DNA from: Flavobacteriales bacterium
GTDB taxonomy: Bacteria; Bacteroidota; Bacteroidia; Flavobacteriales_D; JAUILH01
NCBI GenBank assembly: GCA_964230215.1
Contig: CAXRGQ010000006.1
Coordinates: 475,652-539,651 of the forward strand
DNA: 64,000 nt
Reading direction: 5' to 3'
This document shows positions 20,700 to 30,509 of this stretch, piece after piece. A program made the position numbers and the translations under genes. The stretch's first letter is position 1; each line of letters starts with the position of its first letter. A model generated the notes under the pieces. The model was not told where the DNA came from and did not search any database. It worked only from the letters and a program-made list of their open reading frames with translations.

Positions 20700-21606
20700 G
20701 TTGTATTAGCGTTTTTATACCATCATCGATTGACCATTGGGGTTCCCAGCCTGTTTTCTCTTTGAGTTTGGACACATCCGCGAGTAAATGCATTCTATCC
20801 GTTTTACGAACGCGTTTTGGATCAACTTCAATTTTAATTGCTTCTCCTAATTGTCGTTCAAATGATTCCACTATTTCACGAACAGAGTATTCTATTCCCC
20901 TACCTAAGTTAAAGGTATCTATACCTCCGATATCTGTACTCATCAGCAAATCAAGTGCCCTAGCCATATCGTATGTATGAATAAAGTCTCGTTTAGGATC
21001 TAAGTTTCCGAGATTGATCGTTCGTTTTCCTGCGTTTACTTGGTCTTGAATTTCTGGAATTAGGTGTGGATTAGTCTCATTAGGTCCGAATGCATTGAAA
21101 AATCTACAAATAACCGTTTCAATTCCTGTTTTTAGGTGGAACTCATTGCACAATCGTTCGCCTGTCAATTTTGTTAGCCCATAGATATCGAGAGGACCCG
21201 TTGCATGTTGCTCACTTACCGCATCATCATAGATAGGGTACACTGCAGCGGTTGAAGCAAAAAACACTTTTTTCACTGAATCAGACGCCGCACAAGCATC
21301 AAGAATATTCATTGTTCCCTGAATGTTGATATCTGATGCTAAGTAGGGATGTTCGTTACAATAAGGAATAAAGTGCACAGCGGCTAGGTGCATTACCCAT
21401 TCGGGTTGTATACTTTGAATAATATCGTCTATCCGCTTTTTATCTCGAATATCAACATTGTAAAAACGATCATCAGGTATTTGATTTATGAACGATCTTG
21501 TACCGAATGATAAATCATCAATAACATAAATCTCGTGTGTATCATTCAGGTGCTTAATAAGTGCTGACCCGATAAATCCTGCTCCTCCTGTGATTAGTGT
21601 TTTCAT
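20692..21606 (-). CDS. NAD-dependent sugar epimerase/dehydratase (extended SDR)
   Basis: 304 aa. Rossmann motif TGGAGFIGS and catalytic YGLTK. Confidence 0.88.
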   Translation of the reverse strand: MKTLITGGAGFIGSALIKHLNDTHEIYVIDDLSFGTRSFINQIPDDRFYNVDIRDKKRIDDIIQSIQPEWVMHLAAVHFIPYCNEHPYLASDINIQGTMNILDACAASDSVKKVFFASTAAVYPIYDDAVSEQHATGPLDIYGLTKLTGERLCNEFHLKTGIETVICRFFNAFGPNETNPHLIPEIQDQVNAGKRTINLGNLDPKRDFIHTYDMARALDLLMSTDIGGIDTFNLGRGIEYSVREIVESFERQLGEAIKIEVDPKRVRKTDRMHLLADVSKLKEKTGWEPQWSIDDGIKTLIQRD

Positions 21607-21672
21607 TTAGCCACTAAACTAAGTATTTTCGAGATAATTACTAATACTTTTCATATTATTGCCGCTCAAATT

Positions 21673-23181
21673 ATGATAAATAGATTAAGACATATACTTC
21701 AATTTATCTATTCTAACAAACTGGTATTTATTACCATTATAGTGGTGACCAGAGCACTATTGCTTGGTTTCTTTATCAGCGAGCACCATGAGAATCGGCC
21801 AGATATGATGGTTAATAGCCTGGTCTGTAAGCAATACGATTATGATTACCTACTGCGTGCTGCTGATAACTATTTCGACGGAGAAGGCTATCATTATTTA
21901 GAAGGGCAGGTTTTTATGGGAAGGATGCCGGGATATAGCGCACCGTATATGCTTTTCAGATTTATTGTTGGCAAGGATACAGCAATAACCCTACTAATCC
22001 TATTGCAAATAGCAATGTCTACTTGGGCAATTTTTGTGTTCTCACGACTTAGCTTTCACTTTCTTAAAAGTAAATCATTAGCAGTTATATGCACAGCTTT
22101 GCTTTGTCTCAGTGGTTTTTTATTTGTTTTTGATTATCATACTTGGAGTGAAAGTCTGTCTATTTCCACGTTTATCCTGTCGTGCTATTATTTCTTCAAA
22201 TATCGAGAGAATGGAAAGCATAGTACGCTTTTTAAATCAGGTGTATTTATATGTTGGACAATATTTTTAAGACCTTTCATCGGTATTTTATTGCCATTAA
22301 TTGGATTATACTTCCTAGCCAATCGAACCCAAGCAATTAAGCATAGAGTCTTTACAGCATTAATTTTCTTTTCGTCATTTTTAGTGTTCGAATCAATGTG
22401 GATTATCAGAAACTATAAGATTTCCGGCGAATTTATTCCAGTTCAATCTGATTTGAGAACTAGTTATGGTAAGGACTTTTGCGAAGGATGGATAAACATA
22501 AGAAGTTTAGTATGGGCTTGGGGAGGACAAGCAACGCATAATGAAAAAGGTGGTTTAGGTTGGTATATGAGAAATGCGACTGATGAAGAAGTTTCACAAT
22601 ATAAGCTGCCTGAACACATCACTATGAATGTTTCTTATACAAAAGATTCAATCTTGCATCTAAGGAATCTAATGAGAACATATGATACTACCACAAATAT
22701 TGCAGAGGCAGAATCAATAAATGCTTTAATTGCCAGCACAGCAGAAAGATATAAGTCACAATTTGTGTCAGGTAATAAATTTTACTTTTATGTAAAAAGT
22801 CCAGTTAAAGCTTTTCAACGCTTAGCTATTCATTCGGCAACAATGTATTTCCCATTGCCAGGATATAAGGACTGCAATGTCTTTGAAAAGTTTTTCAAAT
22901 TATTCAACACATTCCTATACTATTTTATTCTATTGATTGGCACGGTCACCACTGTTCTAACAATCAAAACGAAACAGTCTGAATTGCGTTTTTTGTCGCG
23001 ATTCAACATAGCATACATTGTGTTAATACTTTGGGTACTAATATACTATGTTGACATACAGGGTCCTAGATACATGATTTCGATTCTACCCTTGCTAATT
23101 ATACCCGCCGTGAATGGAGTTCATCGAGTATATCAAGCTTTATCGAACAAATCTAGCAGGGTTACCCACGTACAATCCTGA
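21673..23181 (+). CDS. Polytopic membrane protein, GT-C fold (ArnT/PMT/GtrC-like) candidate
   Basis: 502 aa with about 10 or more TM helices. An acidic first loop (YDYDYLLRAADNYFDGEGY) follows TM1, and there is a large loop in the C-terminal half. The call rests on architecture and on the adjacent GtrB-like gene. Confidence 0.5.
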   Translation: MINRLRHILQFIYSNKLVFITIIVVTRALLLGFFISEHHENRPDMMVNSLVCKQYDYDYLLRAADNYFDGEGYHYLEGQVFMGRMPGYSAPYMLFRFIVGKDTAITLLILLQIAMSTWAIFVFSRLSFHFLKSKSLAVICTALLCLSGFLFVFDYHTWSESLSISTFILSCYYFFKYRENGKHSTLFKSGVFICWTIFLRPFIGILLPLIGLYFLANRTQAIKHRVFTALIFFSSFLVFESMWIIRNYKISGEFIPVQSDLRTSYGKDFCEGWINIRSLVWAWGGQATHNEKGGLGWYMRNATDEEVSQYKLPEHITMNVSYTKDSILHLRNLMRTYDTTTNIAEAESINALIASTAERYKSQFVSGNKFYFYVKSPVKAFQRLAIHSATMYFPLPGYKDCNVFEKFFKLFNTFLYYFILLIGTVTTVLTIKTKQSELRFLSRFNIAYIVLILWVLIYYVDIQGPRYMISILPLLIIPAVNGVHRVYQALSNKSSRVTHVQS

Positions 23182-23757
23182 TTTTTCTATTGATCTAATA
23201 ACGACCGTTCCAGCACCTATTTGACTTCCACTCTGAATATGTACATTGTCGATAACTGAAGCATTTAACCCAACAATACAGGCAGAACCAATTTTCACAA
23301 ATCCCGCAATTGCGACCGCTGGAGATATAAAAGTGTTACTTCCAATTTCTGTATCATGTGCCACAACAACGCCAACATTGAGCAAATTATTACCTGACAA
23401 TACTACACCCGAATCAATTGTACAACCTGGATATATAACCGTACCGGAGCCAATTTGAGCATTATTGTCAACATAACTGGAAGGGTGAATTATTGTTGCA
23501 AATGGCACTAAATCGCTTAATTCATTATACAGCTTTGACCTAAACTCCATATGCTTATATCCAATTCCAATCAATATTTCGTCAAACAGGTCTTCATTGT
23601 AGTACTTAACGATATCAGCAGTTTTACCAAGGATTGACTCTCCAACGGGTTGATAATCATCAAAAAAACCAACAAATGTATTCTCTGTTTCAATTACCAG
23701 TTTTCTAATTTGAGCACCCAGATCACCCGATCCTATTATTGCAATTCTACTCATCAA
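23140..23757 (-). CDS. Sugar N-/O-acyltransferase, NeuD/PglD-type left-handed beta-helix
   Basis: 205 aa. N-terminal Rossmann-like IAIIGSGDLG followed by hexapeptide repeats (IGSGTVIYPGCTIDSGVVL...). Its 3' end overlaps the convergent gene by 42 nt. Confidence 0.85.
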   Translation of the reverse strand: MMSRIAIIGSGDLGAQIRKLVIETENTFVGFFDDYQPVGESILGKTADIVKYYNEDLFDEILIGIGYKHMEFRSKLYNELSDLVPFATIIHPSSYVDNNAQIGSGTVIYPGCTIDSGVVLSGNNLLNVGVVVAHDTEIGSNTFISPAVAIAGFVKIGSACIVGLNASVIDNVHIQSGSQIGAGTVVIRSIEKSGLYVGNPARFVR

Positions 23758-24685
23758 TATTAGTTTTATCTTTTATTGAAAACAGCGGTCTCTTCTTAGT
23801 TTCCTTGTAAATCTTTCCCACATACTTGGCAATTATTCCTAGGAAAGTCAATTGCACCCCTAAACCAAGTACAATAGCACTTATTATTGAAGGCCATCCC
23901 AGTTGAAAATCAATAAAGAACAAACTTAAAAGTAGTATAGTTAAGAGGGAAATAATACTGAGAAATATTAGCACTATTCCAGCCCTGATGGTCATCTTAA
24001 GGGGTATTTCAGAAAAGTCAAATATGGCATCAAATGCTAATTTCAATTTTCTTCTAAAATTAAATTTACTTCTGCCAGCGTAGCGAGCTTGTTGTTCTAC
24101 TTCCAGAGTAGTTGATTTCATTCCAATATGAATAAAAATGCCTTCAATAAATCGATTCTGTTCCCCATATTCCAGAAACTTATCTGCAAATTTTCGATTG
24201 AACACTCGCATCACCGCTAAACCTTTTGGTATGTTTAAGCCCGTAAATCTATTTAACACTGACCAAAATATCTTAGAGTATATCTTGTTAACAAATGTAT
24301 CCTCTTTAGACTTTCGAACTCCATAAACAATGTCATACCCCTCTTTAATCTTTCGGTATAAATTAGGAATTTCAGCCGGTGGGTCTTGTAGATCTGGGTC
24401 CATGTATAACAAAAACTTGCCGCGTGCATGTGTTATACCAGTAGTAACAGCGACCGCCTTCCCTTGATTATAGGATAGCTCTATTAATTTAATCTGCTTA
24501 TTATCACGCGCAAACGATTTTATTATCGAACATGTATCATCTAGACTTCCATCATCGACAAATACATACTCGTAGCTAATTTCCATATTATCACAGACAG
24601 CTTTCGTTTCCTCAATAAACTTGGCTATACATTCCTGTTCATAGTATACAGGTACAACTAGCGATAGATCAACGTTTCCTGTCAT
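23747..24685 (-). CDS. Polyprenyl-phosphate glycosyltransferase (GT2, GtrB/ArnC/DPM1-like)
   Basis: 312 aa. GT2 motifs LSLVVPVYYE, VDDGSLDDT and DPDLQDPP, plus two C-terminal TM helices characteristic of GtrB/ArnC. Confidence 0.85.
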   Translation of the reverse strand: MTGNVDLSLVVPVYYEQECIAKFIEETKAVCDNMEISYEYVFVDDGSLDDTCSIIKSFARDNKQIKLIELSYNQGKAVAVTTGITHARGKFLLYMDPDLQDPPAEIPNLYRKIKEGYDIVYGVRKSKEDTFVNKIYSKIFWSVLNRFTGLNIPKGLAVMRVFNRKFADKFLEYGEQNRFIEGIFIHIGMKSTTLEVEQQARYAGRSKFNFRRKLKLAFDAIFDFSEIPLKMTIRAGIVLIFLSIISLLTILLLSLFFIDFQLGWPSIISAIVLGLGVQLTFLGIIAKYVGKIYKETKKRPLFSIKDKTNIDE

Positions 24686-24689
24686 TCTA

Positions 24690-25328
24690 CTAAATATAAT
24701 TTGTTAATTCCTCCAAACTAGAAATCCTGTTCACATTTGTATTGGCCGAACCAGGTGTCCTATCAACTATCAATGCCTTAATGCCCAATTTCTTTGCAGG
24801 TATGTAATCTAACCTAATAGAATCCCCTATATACAGAATTTCCTCAGCATTTACTCCGGATTTGTCTATGGCATGTTCATATATCCTAAGACTAGGTTTA
24901 GCCGTACCAAATTCCTTTGATCCTATTATATTATCGAATTTCACATTAATGTGCTCGCCAAGTTTTGCGTAAATAGTCTCATCCCAGTTACTAATAATAC
25001 CCATAGGCAAACCAATTTCATTTAAATGATGAACATCTGAAAATGCCTCCCAGCTCAAATACGAACAAGCCTTAAATATGTCATTTAGAATCTCATCTTT
25101 TGGATTAACACCTAAAGCTATTAAATATTGATAATTAAACTCTTGATAGAATTCGCGGCTTGTCTTATCAGGGAATTGAATAATTTCAGACAACAGCTTA
25201 TGCGTATGCATAAGCGTAGATGCATCAATATTAATTGAATATTCCTTTAACACCCTATCAATGCTCACAAACAAGTCGGGCTTATACAATAGAGTATTTG
25301 CAACATCAAAGTAAATGTATCTAATCAA
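24690..25328 (-). CDS. HAD-superfamily hydrolase
   Basis: 212 aa. Motif I YFDVANTL, motif III lysine (GTAKP) and motif IV IGDSIRLD. Confidence 0.75.
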   Translation of the reverse strand: MIRYIYFDVANTLLYKPDLFVSIDRVLKEYSINIDASTLMHTHKLLSEIIQFPDKTSREFYQEFNYQYLIALGVNPKDEILNDIFKACSYLSWEAFSDVHHLNEIGLPMGIISNWDETIYAKLGEHINVKFDNIIGSKEFGTAKPSLRIYEHAIDKSGVNAEEILYIGDSIRLDYIPAKKLGIKALIVDRTPGSANTNVNRISSLEELTNYI

Positions 25329-26293
25329 AATATATAATTTTCTGTGTTTCTATTGACATCTGCAAAATCTATGGTATCTCCATAACTAATTATATCATAC
25401 AGCATACGCGTAGCAAGTCCCAATTTAATCTCTTTAGGTGTTGGTTTTTCATTCAACAAATACTCTTGAATAATCCATTTAATGTCCTCAAATCCGAATC
25501 TAGACCTAATCGAATTAGTTCCAGAGATACGACAATTTATCTCAAATGGCACTATTCTACCTTCTTCAATCATGTATTGTATATTACATGATCCTTTGAA
25601 TTGCATGCAATTCGATAATCTATCTATGTATTTACTTACAAGTGGATCAAAATCTTTAATCACCTTGCACATTACAGTAGCACCATTTTCAAGTCTGCGC
25701 TCAAATGTGATGAATGACAATATATTACGATCTCTATCCACATAAAATGAACTTGTATACTCTTTACCCGAATAAAGTTTTTGAATTACGTATGTATCGT
25801 CTAAATCATCAATGCTATTTGGGTTAATCATAAGTCCCCGTGAGCCTCTTCCCTTTCTAGGTTTGGCTATAAAATCAGTAAAATCAGATTGATATTCACT
25901 TGGCAGCATAGACTCAGCAAATTCTACTCCGCATGCGCTGAGTGATTTATATGTAAGATATTTATCATTACATTTTCGAATTGTGTCATTGGGGTTAGTA
26001 ACCGTGATATCCGATAATTTACTTCCAGATAATATCTCTGATTCTAGGTCGGTTGATGGCAAAATAAGTGACACATCATATTTAGAACAAATGTCTGACA
26101 TTACATTTATGTAGCTCGGATCATCTCCATATGGCACTTCACACACCAAATCACATAAATGCGCAGATGTAACGGGTAGAACCGAATTGGTTCCTACAAT
26201 TTTGATGGACTTACTAAAATCTAAAATATTTCTTAGAATTCCCTGCCCTACATTTCCACCAATTCCAGTTACCAGTATTGTTTTATCACCCAT
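25325..26293 (-). CDS. ATP-grasp domain ligase
   Basis: 322 aa. N-terminal Rossmann-like VTGIGGNVGQG, a central FIAKPRKGRGSRG loop and a C-terminal FEINCRISG, typical of carbamoyl-phosphate-synthase-like ATP-grasp enzymes found in glycan loci. Confidence 0.75.
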   Translation of the reverse strand: MGDKTILVTGIGGNVGQGILRNILDFSKSIKIVGTNSVLPVTSAHLCDLVCEVPYGDDPSYINVMSDICSKYDVSLILPSTDLESEILSGSKLSDITVTNPNDTIRKCNDKYLTYKSLSACGVEFAESMLPSEYQSDFTDFIAKPRKGRGSRGLMINPNSIDDLDDTYVIQKLYSGKEYTSSFYVDRDRNILSFITFERRLENGATVMCKVIKDFDPLVSKYIDRLSNCMQFKGSCNIQYMIEEGRIVPFEINCRISGTNSIRSRFGFEDIKWIIQEYLLNEKPTPKEIKLGLATRMLYDIISYGDTIDFADVNRNTENYIF

Positions 26294-27116
26294 TTGCTCT
26301 TAACTTTGCTTTTACATACTGTTCTAAATTGTCAATATAGTCAAAATCTAAAATTTCAAAGATTTTTGATGCGTCCACTTCAATACTATAAGATTCATCT
26401 GAGCCTTTATTTGTCAGTTTAATAGAAGGGTCTGCCTCTAAAATCCAATCTGCTATCTCCTTATTTGAATATGAGACTAGACCAGTCAATGGATAGGAAA
26501 AATTAGAATCAATCTCCGTTGACTTAGCAATTACTTCCGCCACATTTTCTATATCAATGTAATATTGTCGTCGATTACCGCTACCAAATAAGATGATTTC
26601 ACCAGAACTGGCTTGATCTATAATCCTATTAACAAATCCAGAAGTTACATTCTCACCATAAAACGCCCCCAGACGGATAATAGCGTGACTATTTAGCTGT
26701 CCCACGATTAACTCTGCGCACATCTTGCTTAAAGCATATGCATTGGATGGCATTGGACACGATGAGGCAGATATTCTATTCTGTGCACCATATACGCTAA
26801 TAGAAGACACCAAAATTGTTCTTGCGCGCTCATACATATTTGTTAGCTCTGAGACGAGCTTACAGTTTGATTCGTACAGTTTATCGCAGTCAGCGTTAAA
26901 GTCTTGCCACGGGATGTAGGCTGCAATATGAATAACTATATCCATCTCCACTTCCAGCTTACGTAAATCAGACAAGGTCAAGTACGTAATTTTATTCCTC
27001 AAATTGTCTGTACTCCTATTCACCAGCCCATACAATTTAGTATTATCTCTCTGGCGTAGAATTGCAATTGTCAGTTGTGCAAGTTCACTATTGGCTCCAG
27101 TTACTAATATATTCAT
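26286..27116 (-). CDS. NAD(P)-dependent SDR (sugar reductase/epimerase-like)
   Basis: 276 aa. ILVTGANSELA glycine-rich motif and YALSK catalytic motif. Confidence 0.8.
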   Translation of the reverse strand: MNILVTGANSELAQLTIAILRQRDNTKLYGLVNRSTDNLRNKITYLTLSDLRKLEVEMDIVIHIAAYIPWQDFNADCDKLYESNCKLVSELTNMYERARTILVSSISVYGAQNRISASSCPMPSNAYALSKMCAELIVGQLNSHAIIRLGAFYGENVTSGFVNRIIDQASSGEIILFGSGNRRQYYIDIENVAEVIAKSTEIDSNFSYPLTGLVSYSNKEIADWILEADPSIKLTNKGSDESYSIEVDASKIFEILDFDYIDNLEQYVKAKLRANG

Positions 27117-27127
27117 CGACCGATTAG

Positions 27128-28255
27128 TTATAATGCTGAATACTTCTTTCCCTTTAATTTTAAGAAATATGATTCAATGTATTTATACGATAGTTTGCTA
27201 ATTACATAGGTTAGCACCAGGGTAGTTATATATGCAATAATATTGAATACAACTAGATTCGACCCGAAATCCATGTAATTATTAAGTACTCCAATAGTTA
27301 GAAACATTACAATGGGGTGAAACATATATACTCCATATGAAACTTCCCCAACTGATGATAAGAATCTCGATCTCAAATTGAATTTAAAATCGTCCTCTAT
27401 AATAAATAGCAATAAAAATGTAAACAATACAGCTAAAATAAGCGGGTGTGATTTGATTACAAGAAAAACTAGCGTAGACAAAAATGCTAATACATAAGCA
27501 ACACTAGATTTAGTCAATCTATATTTATGATCGAGCTTATTAAACTTATAAAGTGCTCCAAGTGCTCCAAATGACATGTAATGAATAGGAAAAAGATGAA
27601 TTACATCCAAAAAGTTTTGTGACGCGTTGGTGTCAATATATGATAAGAGTTTCGGTATTAATGGATAAACCAAAGCAGTAAATAACAAAACTACAATAAT
27701 CGTCCTTTGGTTCACTTTTTGAATAAGCCATGGCCAAATTGCGTAAAACTGTTCCTCTACACCAATTGACCATCCTTGCGTAATGCCAGTGATAAGTTTG
27801 TTATAGTATACTGCCACATTGGGAAGAAAAAAAACATACAATGCCAGCACAGCTATCGATAATTCTGAGACATCAAAAACAACCCAGCTAAAAAACCACT
27901 GATGTTCTATTTGAAAAAGATTAATTAGCGCGGGAAACAATGTTAATGAAAGTATCAAAACCACATAATACAGTGGCCAAATTCTTAATACTCGGCGCAT
28001 ATAGAACTTCTTTATGTCTATCCTGTCAAACTTTAATTTTTCAGCCAAAAGCAAGTAGGTAATTAGGAAGCCACTCAAGACAAAAAACATATGAACCCCA
28101 TTCTTTCCCAAATCTCTAAAAAACTGTCCTAGAGTGCCCTCAAACATGCTAGACATGCCTGCCCTGTATTTGTATTGTTCAACATGATGGAACACTACGG
28201 ATGTTGCAGCGATTGCTCTTAATTCTGAAATACCTTTAAATCTAATCCCAGCCAT
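27128..28255 (-). CDS. Membrane acyltransferase family 3 (O-acetyltransferase)
   Basis: 375 aa with about 10 TM helices. N-terminal motif LRAIAATSVVFHH and GVHMFFVLSGFLI. Confidence 0.88.
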   Translation of the reverse strand: MAGIRFKGISELRAIAATSVVFHHVEQYKYRAGMSSMFEGTLGQFFRDLGKNGVHMFFVLSGFLITYLLLAEKLKFDRIDIKKFYMRRVLRIWPLYYVVLILSLTLFPALINLFQIEHQWFFSWVVFDVSELSIAVLALYVFFLPNVAVYYNKLITGITQGWSIGVEEQFYAIWPWLIQKVNQRTIIVVLLFTALVYPLIPKLLSYIDTNASQNFLDVIHLFPIHYMSFGALGALYKFNKLDHKYRLTKSSVAYVLAFLSTLVFLVIKSHPLILAVLFTFLLLFIIEDDFKFNLRSRFLSSVGEVSYGVYMFHPIVMFLTIGVLNNYMDFGSNLVVFNIIAYITTLVLTYVISKLSYKYIESYFLKLKGKKYSAL

Positions 28256-28443
28256 GGCAGCTTTGCAGATGCTAACTTTAATTTACAAGGTTATCTCCTC
28301 GCAATTTCGCGACAAAATACGTAAATTTCGTCCAATTAACATGCCTCAATTAAAATTATACCTATCCTTACAATTAGGTTTTAATTTGATAAAATAATGG
28401 ATATTGAATTAGGCGTAATTAGAATTATTTCAGCTGGGTTATC

Positions 28444-29568
28444 ATGATACATTTTAATAAACCTTATAGAACTGGCAATGAAATTGGCTATATCAAGGAC
28501 GCCGTTGATAATCAATTGCAGATTTCAGGAAATGGGCACTACACAAAAAAGTGTCAGTCATTTATTGAAAATAGATATGCCGTAAAAAAGTGTCTATTAA
28601 CTAATTCATGTACGGACGCTTTGGAAATGTGCGCCATACTTATTGGTATTTCCCCTGGTGATGAGGTAATTATGCCCTCTTATACATTTACGAGTACAGC
28701 CAATGCTTTTATTTTAAGAGGCGCAAAAGTCGTGTTTTGCGACAGCATGGTGGAAAATCCAAATATTAATCATCATGCCCTTGAAACATTAATCACAGAT
28801 AAGACAAAAGCAATCATTGCCGTTCATTATGCTGGGATTGCCTGCGATATGGACAGTATTGTTGATGTTGCAAAAAGACATGGTCTATACGTTGTAGAGG
28901 ATGCTGCACAAGCAATTGAATCTACATACAAGGGGAAACAATTAGGAACAATTGGTCATCTTGGTACATTCTCATTCCACGAAACCAAAAATATTCAATG
29001 TGGAGAGGGGGGCATGCTGATGATAAATGACCCTGCTTTCATAAACAGGAGTGAAATTCTCTGGGAAAAAGGCACCAACAGAGCTGCATTTTGGCGTGGT
29101 GAAGTGGATAAATACGGATGGGTAGATATTGGTTCATCTTACCTGCCATCTGAATTGAATGCGGCCTATTTATGGGCTCAGTTTGAACGATTAGAAGACA
29201 TTCAAAGTAAGCGTATAGAGCTTTGGAATAGATATAATTCCAATCTAAAGAATTTAGACTCAAAAATTAGCAATCCAGACGTACCCGGTTATGCTAGTGT
29301 TAATGCTCACATGTACTATATTGTTTGCAGTTCTTTGGAAGACAGGCAAAACCTAATTAGTCATCTGAAATCAAACGACATTCATAGTGTATTTCATTAC
29401 CAATCCTTGCATGCTAGTCCATATTTCGAAGACAAACATGATGGTCGTGAGCTGTTTATGAGCGACAAATACTCAAATCAATTGCTAAGATTGCCGTTGT
29501 ATTATGACCTTAGTATCGAAGATGTCGATAACATCTCTGAGCTTATTCAGGCATACTATGCAAACTAA
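28444..29568 (+). CDS. wecE: dTDP-4-amino-4,6-dideoxygalactose (Fuc4N) transaminase
   Basis: 374 aa. From memory it is nearly collinear with E. coli WecE: EVIMPSYTFTSTANAF, VHYAGIACDMD, VVEDAAQA, PLP-lysine FSFHETKN, EKGTNRAAFWRGEVDKYGWVDIGSSYLPSELNAAYLWAQ. Confidence 0.9.
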   Translation: MIHFNKPYRTGNEIGYIKDAVDNQLQISGNGHYTKKCQSFIENRYAVKKCLLTNSCTDALEMCAILIGISPGDEVIMPSYTFTSTANAFILRGAKVVFCDSMVENPNINHHALETLITDKTKAIIAVHYAGIACDMDSIVDVAKRHGLYVVEDAAQAIESTYKGKQLGTIGHLGTFSFHETKNIQCGEGGMLMINDPAFINRSEILWEKGTNRAAFWRGEVDKYGWVDIGSSYLPSELNAAYLWAQFERLEDIQSKRIELWNRYNSNLKNLDSKISNPDVPGYASVNAHMYYIVCSSLEDRQNLISHLKSNDIHSVFHYQSLHASPYFEDKHDGRELFMSDKYSNQLLRLPLYYDLSIEDVDNISELIQAYYAN

Positions 29569-30449
29569 ATTCGGTTAAGTAGAAACTGGCAATACAGTGG
29601 AAGGTAATTTTTATAAAAACGGATGTTCCTTTTCACTGATGAGGCGATATATCCAAATTCTTTCATTTCACGCCTACAACAATGTTCAATTATCTGAAGC
29701 TCACAATCAGGCCTAGATAGTTTTTGATGATACTTACCAATATGTTTGGCACTAATGGGTTTAAGCGAATTAGAGGAGGTGTGATTTCCCTCTTCTACTA
29801 TATCACTGGTATCCATTGAAACTTGATGTTTGTTGAATTCAATCTCAAGGTAATCACATAGTTGCGCTAAAGCTAAATCACTATCTGCTACCAAATTTTC
29901 ATATTGCAATACGTAGGAAGATTCCCTTTTGATAGCCCTAATACCATTCCTCCAGACACGCGAATTCACAATGACATTTGATGTGCTCCATGCGCACGTT
30001 TTTAAACTGGCAACAACATCTCGGGGATCTCGAATTAGATAAATCAGTTTAGCTGATGGGTAATATTGAATGATTTGATTGGTGTAAAATATATGGGGAG
30101 GCGATTTTTCAATTATATAGACATCTTTAATATCTAGTTTAAGTACGTTTCTCACGTAATAACTTGCGCTTAACTCCAGAATATCTGGTAACTCTGAAGC
30201 ATCACTAAGCAAGAGTTTTTTTAATTCTTTATGATCAATTGGCCACTTCTGTACTGTATAATAGTTTACCCAGGCTTCAATGACAGCAGGCGTAATTCGC
30301 TTTATTTTGTTGTTGGACAAGAACGCGAAAAAGTGTGTTTCAGGTAAAGCAACAACATTTTTTAGTTTTGACAGTGTTAGTCTTAGCAGAGTTGATCCAC
30401 TCCTTGGCGAAGACAGAATGAAAGCTTTTATACATCTATTTGCATGCAC
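29565..30449 (-). CDS. Sulfotransferase
   Basis: 294 aa. 5'-PSB loop ILSSPRSGSTLL and 3'-PB motif YLIRDPRDVVASL. Confidence 0.85.
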   Translation of the reverse strand: MHANRCIKAFILSSPRSGSTLLRLTLSKLKNVVALPETHFFAFLSNNKIKRITPAVIEAWVNYYTVQKWPIDHKELKKLLLSDASELPDILELSASYYVRNVLKLDIKDVYIIEKSPPHIFYTNQIIQYYPSAKLIYLIRDPRDVVASLKTCAWSTSNVIVNSRVWRNGIRAIKRESSYVLQYENLVADSDLALAQLCDYLEIEFNKHQVSMDTSDIVEEGNHTSSNSLKPISAKHIGKYHQKLSRPDCELQIIEHCCRREMKEFGYIASSVKRNIRFYKNYLPLYCQFLLNRI

Positions 30450-30509
30450 AAAAACAAATATGCAAACTTTTAAGCATAGATAAATGATTTAAGAAAACTA
30501 TATTTAGAC

